Of a DNA stretch of 64,000 nt, positions 34,619 through 45,106 are shown piece after piece; the first letter of the stretch is position 1, and each line of letters begins with the position of its first letter. The position numbers and the translations under genes are program-made. The stretch is taken from IMG/VR virus record IMGVR_UViG_3300046779_002349, positions 32,001 through 96,000 of that record; one strand, given 5' to 3'. Below the pieces are notes generated by a model, which saw nothing but the letters and a program-made list of their open reading frames with translations, was not told the origin of the DNA and searched no databases. This stretch comes from a virus.

Positions 34619-37018
34619 TTATTTACTAACTTTGCGGGATATGGTCCGTGTCTTAATTTGTGGTTGATCCCATTCTTTAGACGGTTTTGTAGAAGGTTTA
34701 TTTAGATCTTCTCCTGCCGCAAAATCAGAATAGTTTTCTTCTTTTACTTCTAGTGTGGGCCATGGGAGTGATTCACTGTCTGTACGCTCTGCGGCTTTTA
34801 AGAAATCTTTACTGATCTCCCACGACTCATAAGCACTAAACTGTTCAGCATGAGTTTCTATGAAGTCTTGGGCAAATGGAATGAATAACGCTTCTTTTTT
34901 AGAGTTAGCTGGTAGTATCAGTCCGTGCTCTTGAAACTTCCAGAACTCTGCAAAGAAAGGAATAACTGTCTCGTCATATTTCTTCTCTAGAGTTTCCTTC
35001 TTCTCTACTAGGTCTGTAGATTTTTCGATTTCTATTTCTCTTGTTTCTTCCGGTTTGATTAATCGAATATGGTTATACGTTCCTGGTACTGAGTGACCTC
35101 TAGAGGTTCTGTGCCTTGTAGCTACTCTAGGTCCGAAAATTGCTCCCTTGCATCTAAGCGATTTCATTAAGAAGCACTTAACGCTGATAATCAATTCTCG
35201 TTTAGAAATCACTAGTTTGTTAATAATATTGATCTTTCTAGCATCGATAAACATACTCTTCGATTTAGTAACTACTTTATCCATAGCACTAAGGAATACT
35301 GATTTTCTTTTACTGTTAAGAACAACCTCGTTTTCCGCATTAATCATTACCGCCCCTTTCTTAGAGTCTACGAGTAAGTCTCCCTCTTCCTGAGTAAGTA
35401 CAGTTTCATTGTTAGAGTTAATTAATACAGAATTGTGAGGGGAGTCCAAAACGATTCCATAGCTTGCTGTGTCTCCATCTTCCGCATCTTTTCTAGAGTC
35501 AGATTTGAGCCATAGTTTTCCTTTTTCGCATAGAAAGCTTAATAGGGATCTCGACTTCATCACGATGCCTCCCTCGGAAGAGGCTACTTCCATATTCTTT
35601 TTAGATCTAATAAAGAAGTGTCTCCCTGCTACAAAAGTAATGTCTCTAGCCGCTTCCATTCTTATATCTTTAACAGAGGAAATCTCTACAATACCTCTAC
35701 CATGGTACACAGTTCCTCCCTCGTTATCCATGCTGAGAACAGACCCGTCTCTAAATATTCTAATGGTGGAGTAACCTTCCAGAAAAACAGAAGGGCCGTT
35801 CATTGTTTGGATGTCCCGTTCCTTATTATGCATGTCGGGCGGAGCTAGTTCGGATTCTTTGGGAACTTTAAATGTTTTGTCATTGTTTTCTCCAGCCATC
35901 TGATGAAAACGAAGTAAACTAGCGTGATTGCTGAGGTATCTGGCGTAGGATCTCAAACTGTAAGCACAATGATGCAGATCTGTAATCTTGTAGTCCCATT
36001 TTTTAAGGGCCTCGCTGTTCACCATTTCGTCAAACTGTTTACTAAGAAAACCTTCTGCATCTGTCTTATCTTTAATACGTTGAGGTACTACAATACGTAC
36101 AACCCGCTCTAAAGCAATTTCAGATACTGTTCTTAGAAGTATGTCTCCAGAGTTTCCTACGTGAATCTGAGCCTTTCCAGAAGCCAGTGCTGTAAGGTTG
36201 GATAAAGGATCCGCAACAAACATATTTATGAAATTACCTAGAAACCCAATATAGGCTCTAAACCTATGTCCGAAAGAAACAATAGGGTCGTTGTTTTCCA
36301 AGGCATCAAAATTTACATGGTGGCTTGCATTAGGAACTTTATCCTGCATGGGAGAGGTCAGGTTTAAAAGTTCATGGACGTAACTACCAAAAGTAACTTC
36401 CATATTTGGTCTACCATCATCAAAAATTCGTATATCTCCAAGCGGTGTTACACTATGATACTGCTCTGCAATAATGCGGATCATGTCATGCAGAAGGTGA
36501 GCTTCAATTTTTGCTCTATCTCCAGCTCTTACAGAAATAAGGTTTGTCAGGAATGCGATACCTACATTGAAAGCGTTTTCAATTTCAAACTCTCCTTCCA
36601 ACAGAGATGCAGATCCTTCTAAACCTCTATACATCTCTTGCTCAAAGTATTTCTCTCTGCTAAATTCTCCATCTCTAGTAATGGATAGAGCGTGATCTTC
36701 ATCCGCCTCTGGGTTATCTACAACTCCAATAATGAAAGATGGGTTTCCTACCAAGACCAAAACTCGAGTTCCTTCTGAGGGAAGTGATTTTACCCTATAC
36801 CCAAGAATGGGGGATGTAAACGATTTGGTTAGCCAGATGCACCCAAAAAGAGTATCGGCGGGAGAATATGTGGTAACAGTGCAAGTTCCGCTTTCCGCAT
36901 CGACAAAAGATATTTCTCCTAGGAGTAGTTGACCTATACTTGCCTGTGCTCTGTTCCCTGTATTCGTACTACCTAAAGCCGCGCCATGCTCTTTCGGATC
37001 GTAATTATTTCTGTTCAT
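34619..37018 (-). CDS. Baseplate central spike / VgrG-gp5-like protein
   Basis: N-terminal OB-fold pattern (GEISFVD..CTV, LPSEGTRVLV..FIIG) and beta-helix-like repeats (IEISSVKDIRMEAARDITFVAG). Confidence 0.6.
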   Translation of the reverse strand: MNRNNYDPKEHGAALGSTNTGNRAQASIGQLLLGEISFVDAESGTCTVTTYSPADTLFGCIWLTKSFTSPILGYRVKSLPSEGTRVLVLVGNPSFIIGVVDNPEADEDHALSITRDGEFSREKYFEQEMYRGLEGSASLLEGEFEIENAFNVGIAFLTNLISVRAGDRAKIEAHLLHDMIRIIAEQYHSVTPLGDIRIFDDGRPNMEVTFGSYVHELLNLTSPMQDKVPNASHHVNFDALENNDPIVSFGHRFRAYIGFLGNFINMFVADPLSNLTALASGKAQIHVGNSGDILLRTVSEIALERVVRIVVPQRIKDKTDAEGFLSKQFDEMVNSEALKKWDYKITDLHHCAYSLRSYARYLSNHASLLRFHQMAGENNDKTFKVPKESELAPPDMHNKERDIQTMNGPSVFLEGYSTIRIFRDGSVLSMDNEGGTVYHGRGIVEISSVKDIRMEAARDITFVAGRHFFIRSKKNMEVASSEGGIVMKSRSLLSFLCEKGKLWLKSDSRKDAEDGDTASYGIVLDSPHNSVLINSNNETVLTQEEGDLLVDSKKGAVMINAENEVVLNSKRKSVFLSAMDKVVTKSKSMFIDARKINIINKLVISKRELIISVKCFLMKSLRCKGAIFGPRVATRHRTSRGHSVPGTYNHIRLIKPEETREIEIEKSTDLVEKKETLEKKYDETVIPFFAEFWKFQEHGLILPANSKKEALFIPFAQDFIETHAEQFSAYESWEISKDFLKAAERTDSESLPWPTLEVKEENYSDFAAGEDLNKPSTKPSKEWDQPQIKTRTISRKVSK

Positions 37019-37052
37019 GCGCCTATATTACATTTATTTTTCATTAAAACAA
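37019..37052 (-). promoter_or_regulatory. Promoter giving a probably leaderless mRNA
   Basis: TTGTTT-N16-TAATAT-N6-ATG, just downstream of a terminator. Confidence 0.5.
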
Positions 37053-37053
37053 G

Positions 37054-37086
37054 AAAAACCTGAGGTAAATTTCTTTACCTCAGGTT
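37054..37086 (-). terminator. Intrinsic terminator after the tail tube gene
   Basis: AACCTGAGGTAAA-GAAA-TTTACCTCAGGTT plus T-run. Confidence 0.8.
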
Positions 37087-37112
37087 AACACACACATCAC
37101 ACAAACAAAGTA

Positions 37113-37553
37113 TTACGAGAAATCAGACACTTTAATATTCATGGTCTCGGTAATGAAGGTTTGACCAGCTTGAATGGTGAATCCAACACCTTGAATAATA
37201 CCTCCCGTGAATGTCGCAGAAACGCCACCACAAGAGCAACCATCCGAACCATTAGCGTTGATAGCTACAGATTGAATGAAACCGCAAGCGTCTCCATTTA
37301 CATCTTCAAAAAGTTTTCCACACGTTGCGTATCTACCAATATTAATACTGCCAGTAGAGGGACCCACACCGAAGTATACGCTTGGTTCTCCAACAACATA
37401 GAGATCTTGAATATTCTGTGAAAGTTCTCCTTGAATGCTGTTGGCAAGTCCACTTCCTACACCATTAGCACCGCCAATGGTGAGTTTAACGTAGTCGGGA
37501 GATGCGAACTGTTGTGTCGATTTTGCTTGTCTATTTTTTCCGAAGAAACTCAT
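37113..37553 (-). CDS. Tail tube protein
   Basis: 146 aa directly after the sheath gene; LYVVGEPSVYF..GSINIGR tube-like pattern; followed by a strong terminator. Confidence 0.65.
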   Translation of the reverse strand: MSFFGKNRQAKSTQQFASPDYVKLTIGGANGVGSGLANSIQGELSQNIQDLYVVGEPSVYFGVGPSTGSINIGRYATCGKLFEDVNGDACGFIQSVAINANGSDGCSCGGVSATFTGGIIQGVGFTIQAGQTFITETMNIKVSDFS

Positions 37554-37580
37554 ATTTTTATTATTGTTAGTTTGATTTTA

Positions 37581-40499
37581 TTATGCTGCGGTTACTACTT
37601 CCGATACTGCTTCGAGTTCTACTTCGATAACATTCATTGGAAGAGGAATTGCTACCGTTACTTTAACAATCACTCTGTCTCTAAAGGTGGGGTGATTGAT
37701 AACGGTTACTTTGCCTGGGGATTTATCAGCATCGTAGAAATTGATGATTTGAGGACCTACGTCGATGTCAGACAGCGTGGTAGTTCTAGCATTGTCCAAA
37801 ATCAAGAATACTTCGTGATTAAGAATTGCTAGCGTAGTAGGAGTTACATTTCTGCGTCCCACAAACTTGTCCAGAGCATCTTTAATCTGCAAGGAGAGAT
37901 TGTCTACATTTACACCAACAGAGTCTTCGTAGTACAGTCTACCGCTGTCTACATCAGTTGTCAGCTGATGTCTCACTACGACTTGCGATCCTTCATTATC
38001 CTGCATGACGATCATTACACCGTTAGCAGCTGCCTTATTCAGCAGGTTTCTGGTGTAGCGAGAGTACATAGCTGGAGTCTCCGTAACACTTGTGACTTGT
38101 ACTTTAGTAAGACCAAGTTGAGGTTTCAATGCTGCCCGACGTGCTGCGATCTCAGCTCCAATAAATTTGACTGGTAGTGTAAATTCATTTCCGTCCACAT
38201 CCACACTCACAGGAGAATCACTCCAAATAAGGACACCTCTTCTGTTTCTAACCGACTTAGCCAGTTCGGAAACATACTCCACTTGGTTTTCTGGAGCATT
38301 TTTCTTAAAGATGGTGGCGTCAACAGCGGGGGAGATTTCTAGGTTTGGAGCGGACTCGGTGGTGATCAGTAGCTCATAGTCTGAGATGACTTGTTGCACC
38401 ACAAAATCAGTTCCAAAAATTCTAACGACATCACCAGGGAAAACGTCTTTAGAAACCAATTGTGCATCCTCTGTGAAAGATACTAGTCTGTTTGCGCCAT
38501 CGTAGTCTGTAATAGTTGCTTTAAGCGGGGTTCCGTCCAAGTATGTCGAGATTGCCACAAACTCACTAGGAACGTCTACACCGAAGTAAACTCGTCTAAA
38601 GTTCTTTACGGTTTTGGCGGACATTGCTTCTGCATGGTCCACAGCTGCGGAGAAGGCTGCGTGGTCATCACTCACAACTCCCAAAGCGTAGGTTTGGTCG
38701 GTAGACTCAATTTTCTCTAGCGATTTTGCAATATCTTCAGCACTATCGCTAGCGGTACGCAGGGCGAAAAAGATTTGACTTGGAGATGCTTTCCAAGCAA
38801 GATAGGTTGCGAAGGCCAGATCATTCTCTGGAACAATAGGTCCGAAAGCTTTAACGTCGTCCAGGTTACGCACAGTTACTTTGTTTTCCGTGGCAAGTGG
38901 AGTCTTGGCGGCTTTCCAGTTGGAGTAAATAGTTCCTACACCATCCACAAGGGGGACGAATTCATTACCTACGTTCCTACCGGAAACTTTCCACAACAGA
39001 CTAGGATTATAGGAAACTGACGTTTTGGATACGTCCAGTGCGAAACCGTCTCCGTCTGGTTGATTACCTTTTACGGAACCGTTAGCAGAACCACGTAGTT
39101 TAATGTTCGTCAACGCACCACCATGAGTTACAGGTCCATCTAAAATAAGGGCGGTAAACTCAGTAGTCGACGTTTTTGCTGCAACGGCATTGATGAAGTA
39201 AATGTCGTTTTTACGAAGGCCTTTTTGTGGAAGATCCTTGATGTCGACATAGTCCAACTCGACCTCAACTCCATTGGAGATTGCGATTTCCACGTTAGTT
39301 GCTGTGTAAGGAATCGTGCGAGTAAAAGCGGTGAATGATCCTCTAGCATCATAAACTTGCACGATAGCAGAATCTCCTGCTTGGTAGCTACCTTGGATGA
39401 CTTTTACATAATAAGTATTATCTACGCTACCAGTAAACAGAGATGTTCCCGACGTGATCATGCTTCCGGATTCGACTGGAGCGTAATCAACATAGTAACG
39501 GAATCCTATACTGTCACCAACTTGAGGTGTTTGGTCGGGGTATAGATTTGCCTCAAATGCGGAGAAACCAGTCAGCGAAACAATATTCGCAAAGTTGAAG
39601 GTGGTCAAGGAGTTTGCCACGCTGAAGCTAACCAGGGAGTTAATAACCCCATTGCTGGAGGTTACTCTTGCGGTACCTGTGTTGGTGCTGGTGTTAAAGC
39701 TGACTACAGAAATATTGATGCTAAGACCAGCGTAAGTGACGCCATCCACAGTAAAGCTATGTCCGAGCATGTTCACTCTACGATTCGGGCTGTTAGCTCC
39801 AGAAGCCCAGGACGAGGGTTGTGCACCAACAGCAGTGAAACTACCAGTAGCTGTAATCTCGTTAGGCTCAAATTCCACTCCAGCGGGAACCCCAACTTGT
39901 ACAGAAGTAGTTTTAGCTACTGGGTTCGAGCTAGCTGCAGCAAAAAGCGTATCGTCTTTTTCCGTATTGGAGCCGAGCGTAGAGGCTACTGGTTTTCCTA
40001 CAAAACCCGTTACTTTTCTACGGATGGGAGTTCCACCAGTAGCGGTATTGTAGCAAAGCACAGTGTCGCCAATGCTGACTGGGCGTCCTTCTAGCGCGCT
40101 CCACAGAACTCCATCGCCAGCAACTCTCAAATTTTTGCTAGTTACAGCAATGTTGTTTCTGGTTCCTTTAGTCGCATCAATTCCGTTATCTTCGTCAAAA
40201 TCACTAGGATCCACCAATTCGAACTCCGCATCCTTAACGAGTACATCGAGACTCGATTCATCTAGTTTATGAACTAGGCCGAGAGAGTCGACTTCTACGA
40301 GATTACCGTCTCGTGTAAAAGAGAGTTCAAAAGTGTCGCCTTCAGTGGAAAAAACTTTTTCACTAAAATCGCCAGTGAAACCTGGAGACTCGTATTGAGT
40401 GCCGACAATGCAAGCTGCTTGTCTTGGCGTAGTAGGATCTAGCTCAACCGCTAATTTTTGGTCGATGTTTAGTTGTGGTTCAGTATAATTTAAGATCAT
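37581..40499 (-). CDS. Tail sheath protein (large, with insertion domains)
   Basis: N-terminal ACIVG; C-terminal LNKAAANGVMIV..VVVRHQLTTD..EDSV..NVD..DRVIVKVTVAIPLPMNVIEVEL is the sheath C-terminal signature. Confidence 0.85.
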   Translation of the reverse strand: MILNYTEPQLNIDQKLAVELDPTTPRQAACIVGTQYESPGFTGDFSEKVFSTEGDTFELSFTRDGNLVEVDSLGLVHKLDESSLDVLVKDAEFELVDPSDFDEDNGIDATKGTRNNIAVTSKNLRVAGDGVLWSALEGRPVSIGDTVLCYNTATGGTPIRRKVTGFVGKPVASTLGSNTEKDDTLFAAASSNPVAKTTSVQVGVPAGVEFEPNEITATGSFTAVGAQPSSWASGANSPNRRVNMLGHSFTVDGVTYAGLSINISVVSFNTSTNTGTARVTSSNGVINSLVSFSVANSLTTFNFANIVSLTGFSAFEANLYPDQTPQVGDSIGFRYYVDYAPVESGSMITSGTSLFTGSVDNTYYVKVIQGSYQAGDSAIVQVYDARGSFTAFTRTIPYTATNVEIAISNGVEVELDYVDIKDLPQKGLRKNDIYFINAVAAKTSTTEFTALILDGPVTHGGALTNIKLRGSANGSVKGNQPDGDGFALDVSKTSVSYNPSLLWKVSGRNVGNEFVPLVDGVGTIYSNWKAAKTPLATENKVTVRNLDDVKAFGPIVPENDLAFATYLAWKASPSQIFFALRTASDSAEDIAKSLEKIESTDQTYALGVVSDDHAAFSAAVDHAEAMSAKTVKNFRRVYFGVDVPSEFVAISTYLDGTPLKATITDYDGANRLVSFTEDAQLVSKDVFPGDVVRIFGTDFVVQQVISDYELLITTESAPNLEISPAVDATIFKKNAPENQVEYVSELAKSVRNRRGVLIWSDSPVSVDVDGNEFTLPVKFIGAEIAARRAALKPQLGLTKVQVTSVTETPAMYSRYTRNLLNKAAANGVMIVMQDNEGSQVVVRHQLTTDVDSGRLYYEDSVGVNVDNLSLQIKDALDKFVGRRNVTPTTLAILNHEVFLILDNARTTTLSDIDVGPQIINFYDADKSPGKVTVINHPTFRDRVIVKVTVAIPLPMNVIEVELEAVSEVVTAA

Positions 40500-40503
40500 G
40501 TCT

Positions 40504-41127
40504 TTAGTTTATTGAAATGTTTGATTCGATAACTTTGATACGATGGGTCTCTAAGTTTGCGCTAACGTAATAATTATAGCTAATATTAAAAATAATATCC
40601 AGATTAAAATTCTCCGCTGCATTAATTTTTTCTTTTTTAGGAGCACCCATACTTACTGGTTGGAAATGAACTAGACCAAGCATTTTTCTAACTTCATTTG
40701 CAATTGCGGTCAGAAACTCAAATGAAGACGTTGTGGCTACTAGGGTCTGTCCAGGAGTTTCAAATAAATGGTTAAAAATAATAGTAGTAGAACAATTCCA
40801 CGAATAAGTTATCTCATTCCCATCATCCGACTCAGCATTGATGTCCCCTAAATGTGTTTTATTGAATTGCACCTCCCCTAAAGTAATTTTAATTTTAGGC
40901 GCAGATTTACTAGTGGTTGGATTATCTTCCAGTGTAGTAGTAACTAGATTTTGTTTCCCTATGCAGGCTAAGTAGGGTTCATACTTTCCATGGTTACTAC
41001 TAGTTTCCCAGTGAGCAGCCAATAACAACTGAAAGAATTTTAAAATCTCTACATTATCAAGCACGGTAGGACAAAAATCCCTTATGTAGCATAATAGTTT
41101 CTTAGTATTTTCGTCTGAGTCTGTCAT
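40504..41127 (-). CDS. Putative tail terminator/neck protein
   Basis: Directly upstream of the sheath gene; size and position fit. Confidence 0.45.
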   Translation of the reverse strand: MTDSDENTKKLLCYIRDFCPTVLDNVEILKFFQLLLAAHWETSSNHGKYEPYLACIGKQNLVTTTLEDNPTTSKSAPKIKITLGEVQFNKTHLGDINAESDDGNEITYSWNCSTTIIFNHLFETPGQTLVATTSSFEFLTAIANEVRKMLGLVHFQPVSMGAPKKEKINAAENFNLDIIFNISYNYYVSANLETHRIKVIESNISIN

Positions 41128-41993
41128 AGTGCGGTGTTTACTGTTATTGACTTGTCAGGATCCAGATTTAACATAGGTAGAGGTATGCTATACCTAGAGT
41201 CATCTTTTGGTAGTTCCTCGGCAGCTACATCATAGGCTACTGGAAGATACCCTTTAAAGTAATAAGGAGTTATATTATTGGTGATCAGAAGTCTGGTATC
41301 TGTATTAGGAAGTACAATCATATTTCCTATTTCTGGTTTAGGAAATCCGAGTAGTCTTAACTGATATGCTTGGGTAAGTTTATTATTGGTAGAATTATCT
41401 GAATACTCTACAGACACTGGGCCTATGCTGACTATTTCCGCCCAAGTTTGGAATATTGTCGAAAACTCTTTTTCAAAGATCCCCCGCCCTTGATACATGT
41501 CTGGGGAATCTTTATCTCCCGATTTACAGGCAGATCCTAGTTTTGCTTGTAGTATACCGTCTACATCTCCGTTAAGCTGGCCTTCTATAGTTGGTATACA
41601 GTGCAAAATTCTTACTCCATTTCTAGAACGCATTCTTAGATACTCATTCTTTCTCATGTATCGCAATACTCCATACTCCGTTTTATTAAGCCCTTCGCTA
41701 TACATTCCTATAATTGGGGAGTCATAGTACTCACCATCTTTAAACAAGGTTAGCCTATAGAAATATTGTCTTTGTAAATTCTTGTCAGTTAAACCATTGT
41801 CTATGTAGAAGTTTTGATTGATTACAGGATTGTCTTCATTAAGTAATACCCAAGCATCAGAAACTTCTACACCGTCTGGGGATCGGTATACGTACACTTC
41901 ACCATCAGTGTAGTCAGGCAATAAAGTCCAGTTGACTAATGATTGCTCAAAGCCATATGCTGGTTGTACTTTAATGTCTGTAAAAACGTTCAT
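41124..41993 (-). CDS. Putative neck/head-closure protein
   Basis: FN3-like N-terminus (VYVYRSPDG, YFYRL); C-terminal half PxIGNMIV..TDTR..I, ELPKDDSRY; lies between head and tail genes. Confidence 0.5.
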   Translation of the reverse strand: MNVFTDIKVQPAYGFEQSLVNWTLLPDYTDGEVYVYRSPDGVEVSDAWVLLNEDNPVINQNFYIDNGLTDKNLQRQYFYRLTLFKDGEYYDSPIIGMYSEGLNKTEYGVLRYMRKNEYLRMRSRNGVRILHCIPTIEGQLNGDVDGILQAKLGSACKSGDKDSPDMYQGRGIFEKEFSTIFQTWAEIVSIGPVSVEYSDNSTNNKLTQAYQLRLLGFPKPEIGNMIVLPNTDTRLLITNNITPYYFKGYLPVAYDVAAEELPKDDSRYSIPLPMLNLDPDKSITVNTAL

Positions 41994-42739
41994 TTAGGAG
42001 GTAATGTTGGAGGAGCTGGATTTTTTACTGAGTTAGCAAATTCCTGTTCTTTCTTAACGTCAGATTCTGCCTCCGCCATAAGGTCTCTATTCTTTCCTAA
42101 ACCGAACCAAGTTTTTGTCTGGAACATAGGAGGTTTTCCTTGGTTATTTAGTGCGGCTTGAGTCAGCTGGTAAGCTTGAGCGGGGGAGGTATTTCCTTGC
42201 TGAATTTGTCGAGCCGTTTGATATTTATTACCGTCCCAGCCTGTAAGGTTTCTGTACCCATGCATTCCTAATTCCGCTGCACCGCCGATCGTGCCCCCTA
42301 TAAGTGCTCCAGGAATAGCGCCGACAGCAGCTCCTATACCAGCTCCAGCTAATGTTAGGCTTCCTGCTTGTACAGTATCCCCTAATCTATTTAGTCCTCC
42401 AGATGTTCCTAAATAATTAGCAGCCCCTCTAAGTCCTTGCCCACTAAACGCTGTGTTGTGGTAGTCTTTCGCCATATCCGATCCAGAGCTATAAACTCCG
42501 TAACCAGCGCCTAGAGCTGCTACTCCTGGTAATACTCTACCGAAAACACGTCCTGCTGTTGATGTAACTGGAGCGATCATTTGCCGCATGTTATTAGGAG
42601 TTGAGTAATACCCAGTAACTCCAGCTATAGCAGTATCTCCAAGACCCCAACTTTGATCTGTATATGCTGGAGGTTGGTATTGTTGGTACGCTACCTTGTA
42701 AAGATTATGTGCTGTCTTAATTAGTTGGTGTTTTTGCAT
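41990..42739 (-). CDS. Putative internal virion/ejection protein with a glycine zipper
   Basis: N-terminal LIKTA and LYKVA motifs; GAGIGAAVGAIPGALIGGTIGG zipper. Confidence 0.5.
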   Translation of the reverse strand: MQKHQLIKTAHNLYKVAYQQYQPPAYTDQSWGLGDTAIAGVTGYYSTPNNMRQMIAPVTSTAGRVFGRVLPGVAALGAGYGVYSSGSDMAKDYHNTAFSGQGLRGAANYLGTSGGLNRLGDTVQAGSLTLAGAGIGAAVGAIPGALIGGTIGGAAELGMHGYRNLTGWDGNKYQTARQIQQGNTSPAQAYQLTQAALNNQGKPPMFQTKTWFGLGKNRDLMAEAESDVKKEQEFANSVKNPAPPTLPPK

Positions 42740-43155
42740 TATCCAATTTGTCCAAATCCGTTCATTACGTTAAGCGTAATCTTCCTTTGTCTAGCCTCCA
42801 TGTTAAATTCATTTTTTAGCTCCTGCTGTAGAGTGCTAATATACTGAATCTCTTTCTTGGCTGGACTTACTTGTACATTACCAGCAGCATAGTCAATGTC
42901 ATTACGCATGAGTTTAGCTTTTCTAGACAGTAGTAATTGTGCCGCTGTACCATATAGAAACAAATTTGTATCTGTGGGTAAATAATCTGGATCTACAGAT
43001 TCTACCCCTATAGGTGGTATCGCGTTATAGTCGCGAGCAGCACGAATCATAGCATCGACAATTTCGGCATCAGAAAATGTAAGATCAATAGAGATCTCGT
43101 TATCCTCTGGACCTCTGTCTAATAAGAAAAGTCTTATATCCTCAATGGTCAGCAT
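42739..43155 (-). CDS. Putative head-tail adaptor
   Basis: LTIEDIRLFLLD..FSDAEI..NAIPP helical adaptor pattern. Confidence 0.55.
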   Translation of the reverse strand: MLTIEDIRLFLLDRGPEDNEISIDLTFSDAEIVDAMIRAARDYNAIPPIGVESVDPDYLPTDTNLFLYGTAAQLLLSRKAKLMRNDIDYAAGNVQVSPAKKEIQYISTLQQELKNEFNMEARQRKITLNVMNGFGQIG

Positions 43156-43160
43156 AATAA

Positions 43161-43964
43161 TTACTGCTTGTTCTCTTTAATTCTTTTTTCGATATCCGCG
43201 ATCCGTTGTGCTTCTTGCTCTCTTAAGGCTCTTTGTTCCTCTAGTTTTTTAGCTTGTTCCTGCAGAGTTTTCACTGGTTTGTTCTGCCAGGCTTGTGCAA
43301 CAGGTCCGATGATTGGGGTTTCATCCACCAAATCGGCAATAGCGTCTATACCTCCAGGATTGGTAATTCTTCTGTTGGCATCGTCATACTTACCTTGAGC
43401 CTCAGCTATCGCCCTATCGATCCTTCTTCTATTGGCTACAGCGCTACGCATAGCTCTTTGATCTGCGGCGTATTGCTGTGCGTCTTTAGGTACGGACACT
43501 GGGGCTACTGGGGATTGTTGCGGTTGAGGATTAAATGGGTCAGCTACTCTTGGTGCGTTCTCAGGAGTTCCCCATTGCGTATAAGATGGTGAACCAGCTA
43601 CGCTGCCTGTAGCAGGAGCTCCTTGCGAAGGGTCGTAAGTATTCGTGTAATCGGAAACGTATTTGTTTACGTCATTTAATTTATTGTTTAAGGCATTAAA
43701 ACCCGCATAAGCTCCGTATCCAGCGGCCCCAGTTCCGGCTAAACCCCAAAAAGCTTTAGTTTTAGCCAGGGTTTTTAATCCACGACCAGCGGAGCTAGTG
43801 CCTCCCCGCAACTTGCTTCCCAGCAACCTAGCTCCAGTGCCTGCCCATTGCCTAAAAGTTGGTATTGGTGCCGCTTGCTTTATTAGTAGCTCGTGGGCTT
43901 GTCTTGGAGACATGCCTACAGCTGCTGTAATCTCCGCAAATCCTTCTAAAAATTTCTTATCCAT
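43161..43964 (-). CDS. Putative internal virion protein
   Basis: Probable start MDKKF at 43964 after TTGCAT-N17-TACACT; LIKQAA motif, hydrophobic Gly/Ala segment, C-terminal coiled coil. Confidence 0.5.
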   Translation of the reverse strand: MDKKFLEGFAEITAAVGMSPRQAHELLIKQAAPIPTFRQWAGTGARLLGSKLRGGTSSAGRGLKTLAKTKAFWGLAGTGAAGYGAYAGFNALNNKLNDVNKYVSDYTNTYDPSQGAPATGSVAGSPSYTQWGTPENAPRVADPFNPQPQQSPVAPVSVPKDAQQYAADQRAMRSAVANRRRIDRAIAEAQGKYDDANRRITNPGGIDAIADLVDETPIIGPVAQAWQNKPVKTLQEQAKKLEEQRALREQEAQRIADIEKRIKENKQ

Positions 43965-44010
43965 AGCTTTAATTTTCCCAAGTGTAGCAGATATTTGAAA
44001 TCCATGCAAT

Positions 44011-44042
44011 AAAAAACCCTAGAGGATTTCTCCTCTAGGGTT
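44011..44042 (-). terminator. Intrinsic terminator after the major capsid gene
   Basis: AACCCTAGAGGA-GAAA-TCCTCTAGGGTT plus T-run. Confidence 0.8.
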
Positions 44043-44061
44043 GGGATAGTTTAATAACTAA

Positions 44062-45084
44062 TTAAGCGGGGACTGCTTCAACGTCCACAGTAACTTTGTT
44101 GACTGCGGCGAGGTTAGCAATCGAAACACCGATGATCTCTTCTGCGTACGAGCGAAGAATGTCTTTGTCGCGTTTCGAGTACAGAGTAGGCTCCTTGAGG
44201 TAGTAACCAACTCCGAGGAACTCAGGCTCGGCGAACTGATAGATTTCACCGTCAGCGATAAGACCATTCTTGATGGTGCGCAAGTGAGGAATACCCCACT
44301 GCGAATCCGAGAGAGCCGAAGGACCCTCTTTGCGGACTGCTTCTGCACCAGGACCGCCCCACGAATCGTGGTCAGCGATACCATACTCCGAGAACGTGCG
44401 GCGGTTCATCAACCAGATACCGTTGTTCAAAGAACGGTTCTCGAGGTGAGAGCGCAGATAGCGGGTGTGGTGAGCTCTATCGTGCAGCACGACAGGGCCT
44501 CCAGGGTCTGGCATGTCGGCTCCGCCTAGCGTGTAGTCGAAGTTTTGCTGATAACCAGCTTGGCCTACGTTCGTTGGTCCAGCGCTACCAACGATAGAGT
44601 CGGTGAGCCCAATGTACTTCTCGTCTTCGACAGTCTCCATGTCTTTAAGAGCGTTATCTACAGTGAACTTGGTCAAGTCAATCGACTTGCTCAAGCGCAG
44701 TTCGTGCACGTTCTTAACAAATTCTGGAGTGGCGATTTTGAAAAAGCCAGTCGCGAAACGGTGACCGCGATAGTAATGCGAGGTCGAGGTTGCGTTGAAA
44801 GGAACGCAAACAGCACCAGGTTGATCGGGCTCGATGTCGTCGATAACCAAGAGGTCTTCGTCGTTCGTGTCCAAGTTGCTGGTATTCTGCAGTTTAGCGT
44901 CAGGCACAGGCAGCAAAGGCTGGATTCTGCGCATGAAACCCGACTCCTTCAGGCGGCGACGGATGATACCCGTACCGATAGCCGAAGCCTTTTTGCTGAA
45001 CTCGCCGTCGTCACCAGAGGTGGCTGCGTCGAGCAGTTGTTGTGTCCAATCCGCACTTTCTTCAATCATGTCAATTTTACTCAT
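44062..45084 (-). CDS. Major capsid protein
   Basis: 340 aa; IRRRLKESGFMRRI, F.KIATPEF.K...EL, KDMETVED, FAEPEFLG, YAEEIIGVSIAN HK97-like pattern; strong codon bias; followed by a terminator. Confidence 0.8.
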   Translation of the reverse strand: MSKIDMIEESADWTQQLLDAATSGDDGEFSKKASAIGTGIIRRRLKESGFMRRIQPLLPVPDAKLQNTSNLDTNDEDLLVIDDIEPDQPGAVCVPFNATSTSHYYRGHRFATGFFKIATPEFVKNVHELRLSKSIDLTKFTVDNALKDMETVEDEKYIGLTDSIVGSAGPTNVGQAGYQQNFDYTLGGADMPDPGGPVVLHDRAHHTRYLRSHLENRSLNNGIWLMNRRTFSEYGIADHDSWGGPGAEAVRKEGPSALSDSQWGIPHLRTIKNGLIADGEIYQFAEPEFLGVGYYLKEPTLYSKRDKDILRSYAEEIIGVSIANLAAVNKVTVDVEAVPA

Positions 45085-45106
45085 ATTTTAAATTAAGTGG
45101 TTTGGG

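Noticed and set aside
44058-45096. Alternative-frame and antisense ORFs over the capsid gene
   Set aside because: Explained by the strong codon bias of the major capsid gene.
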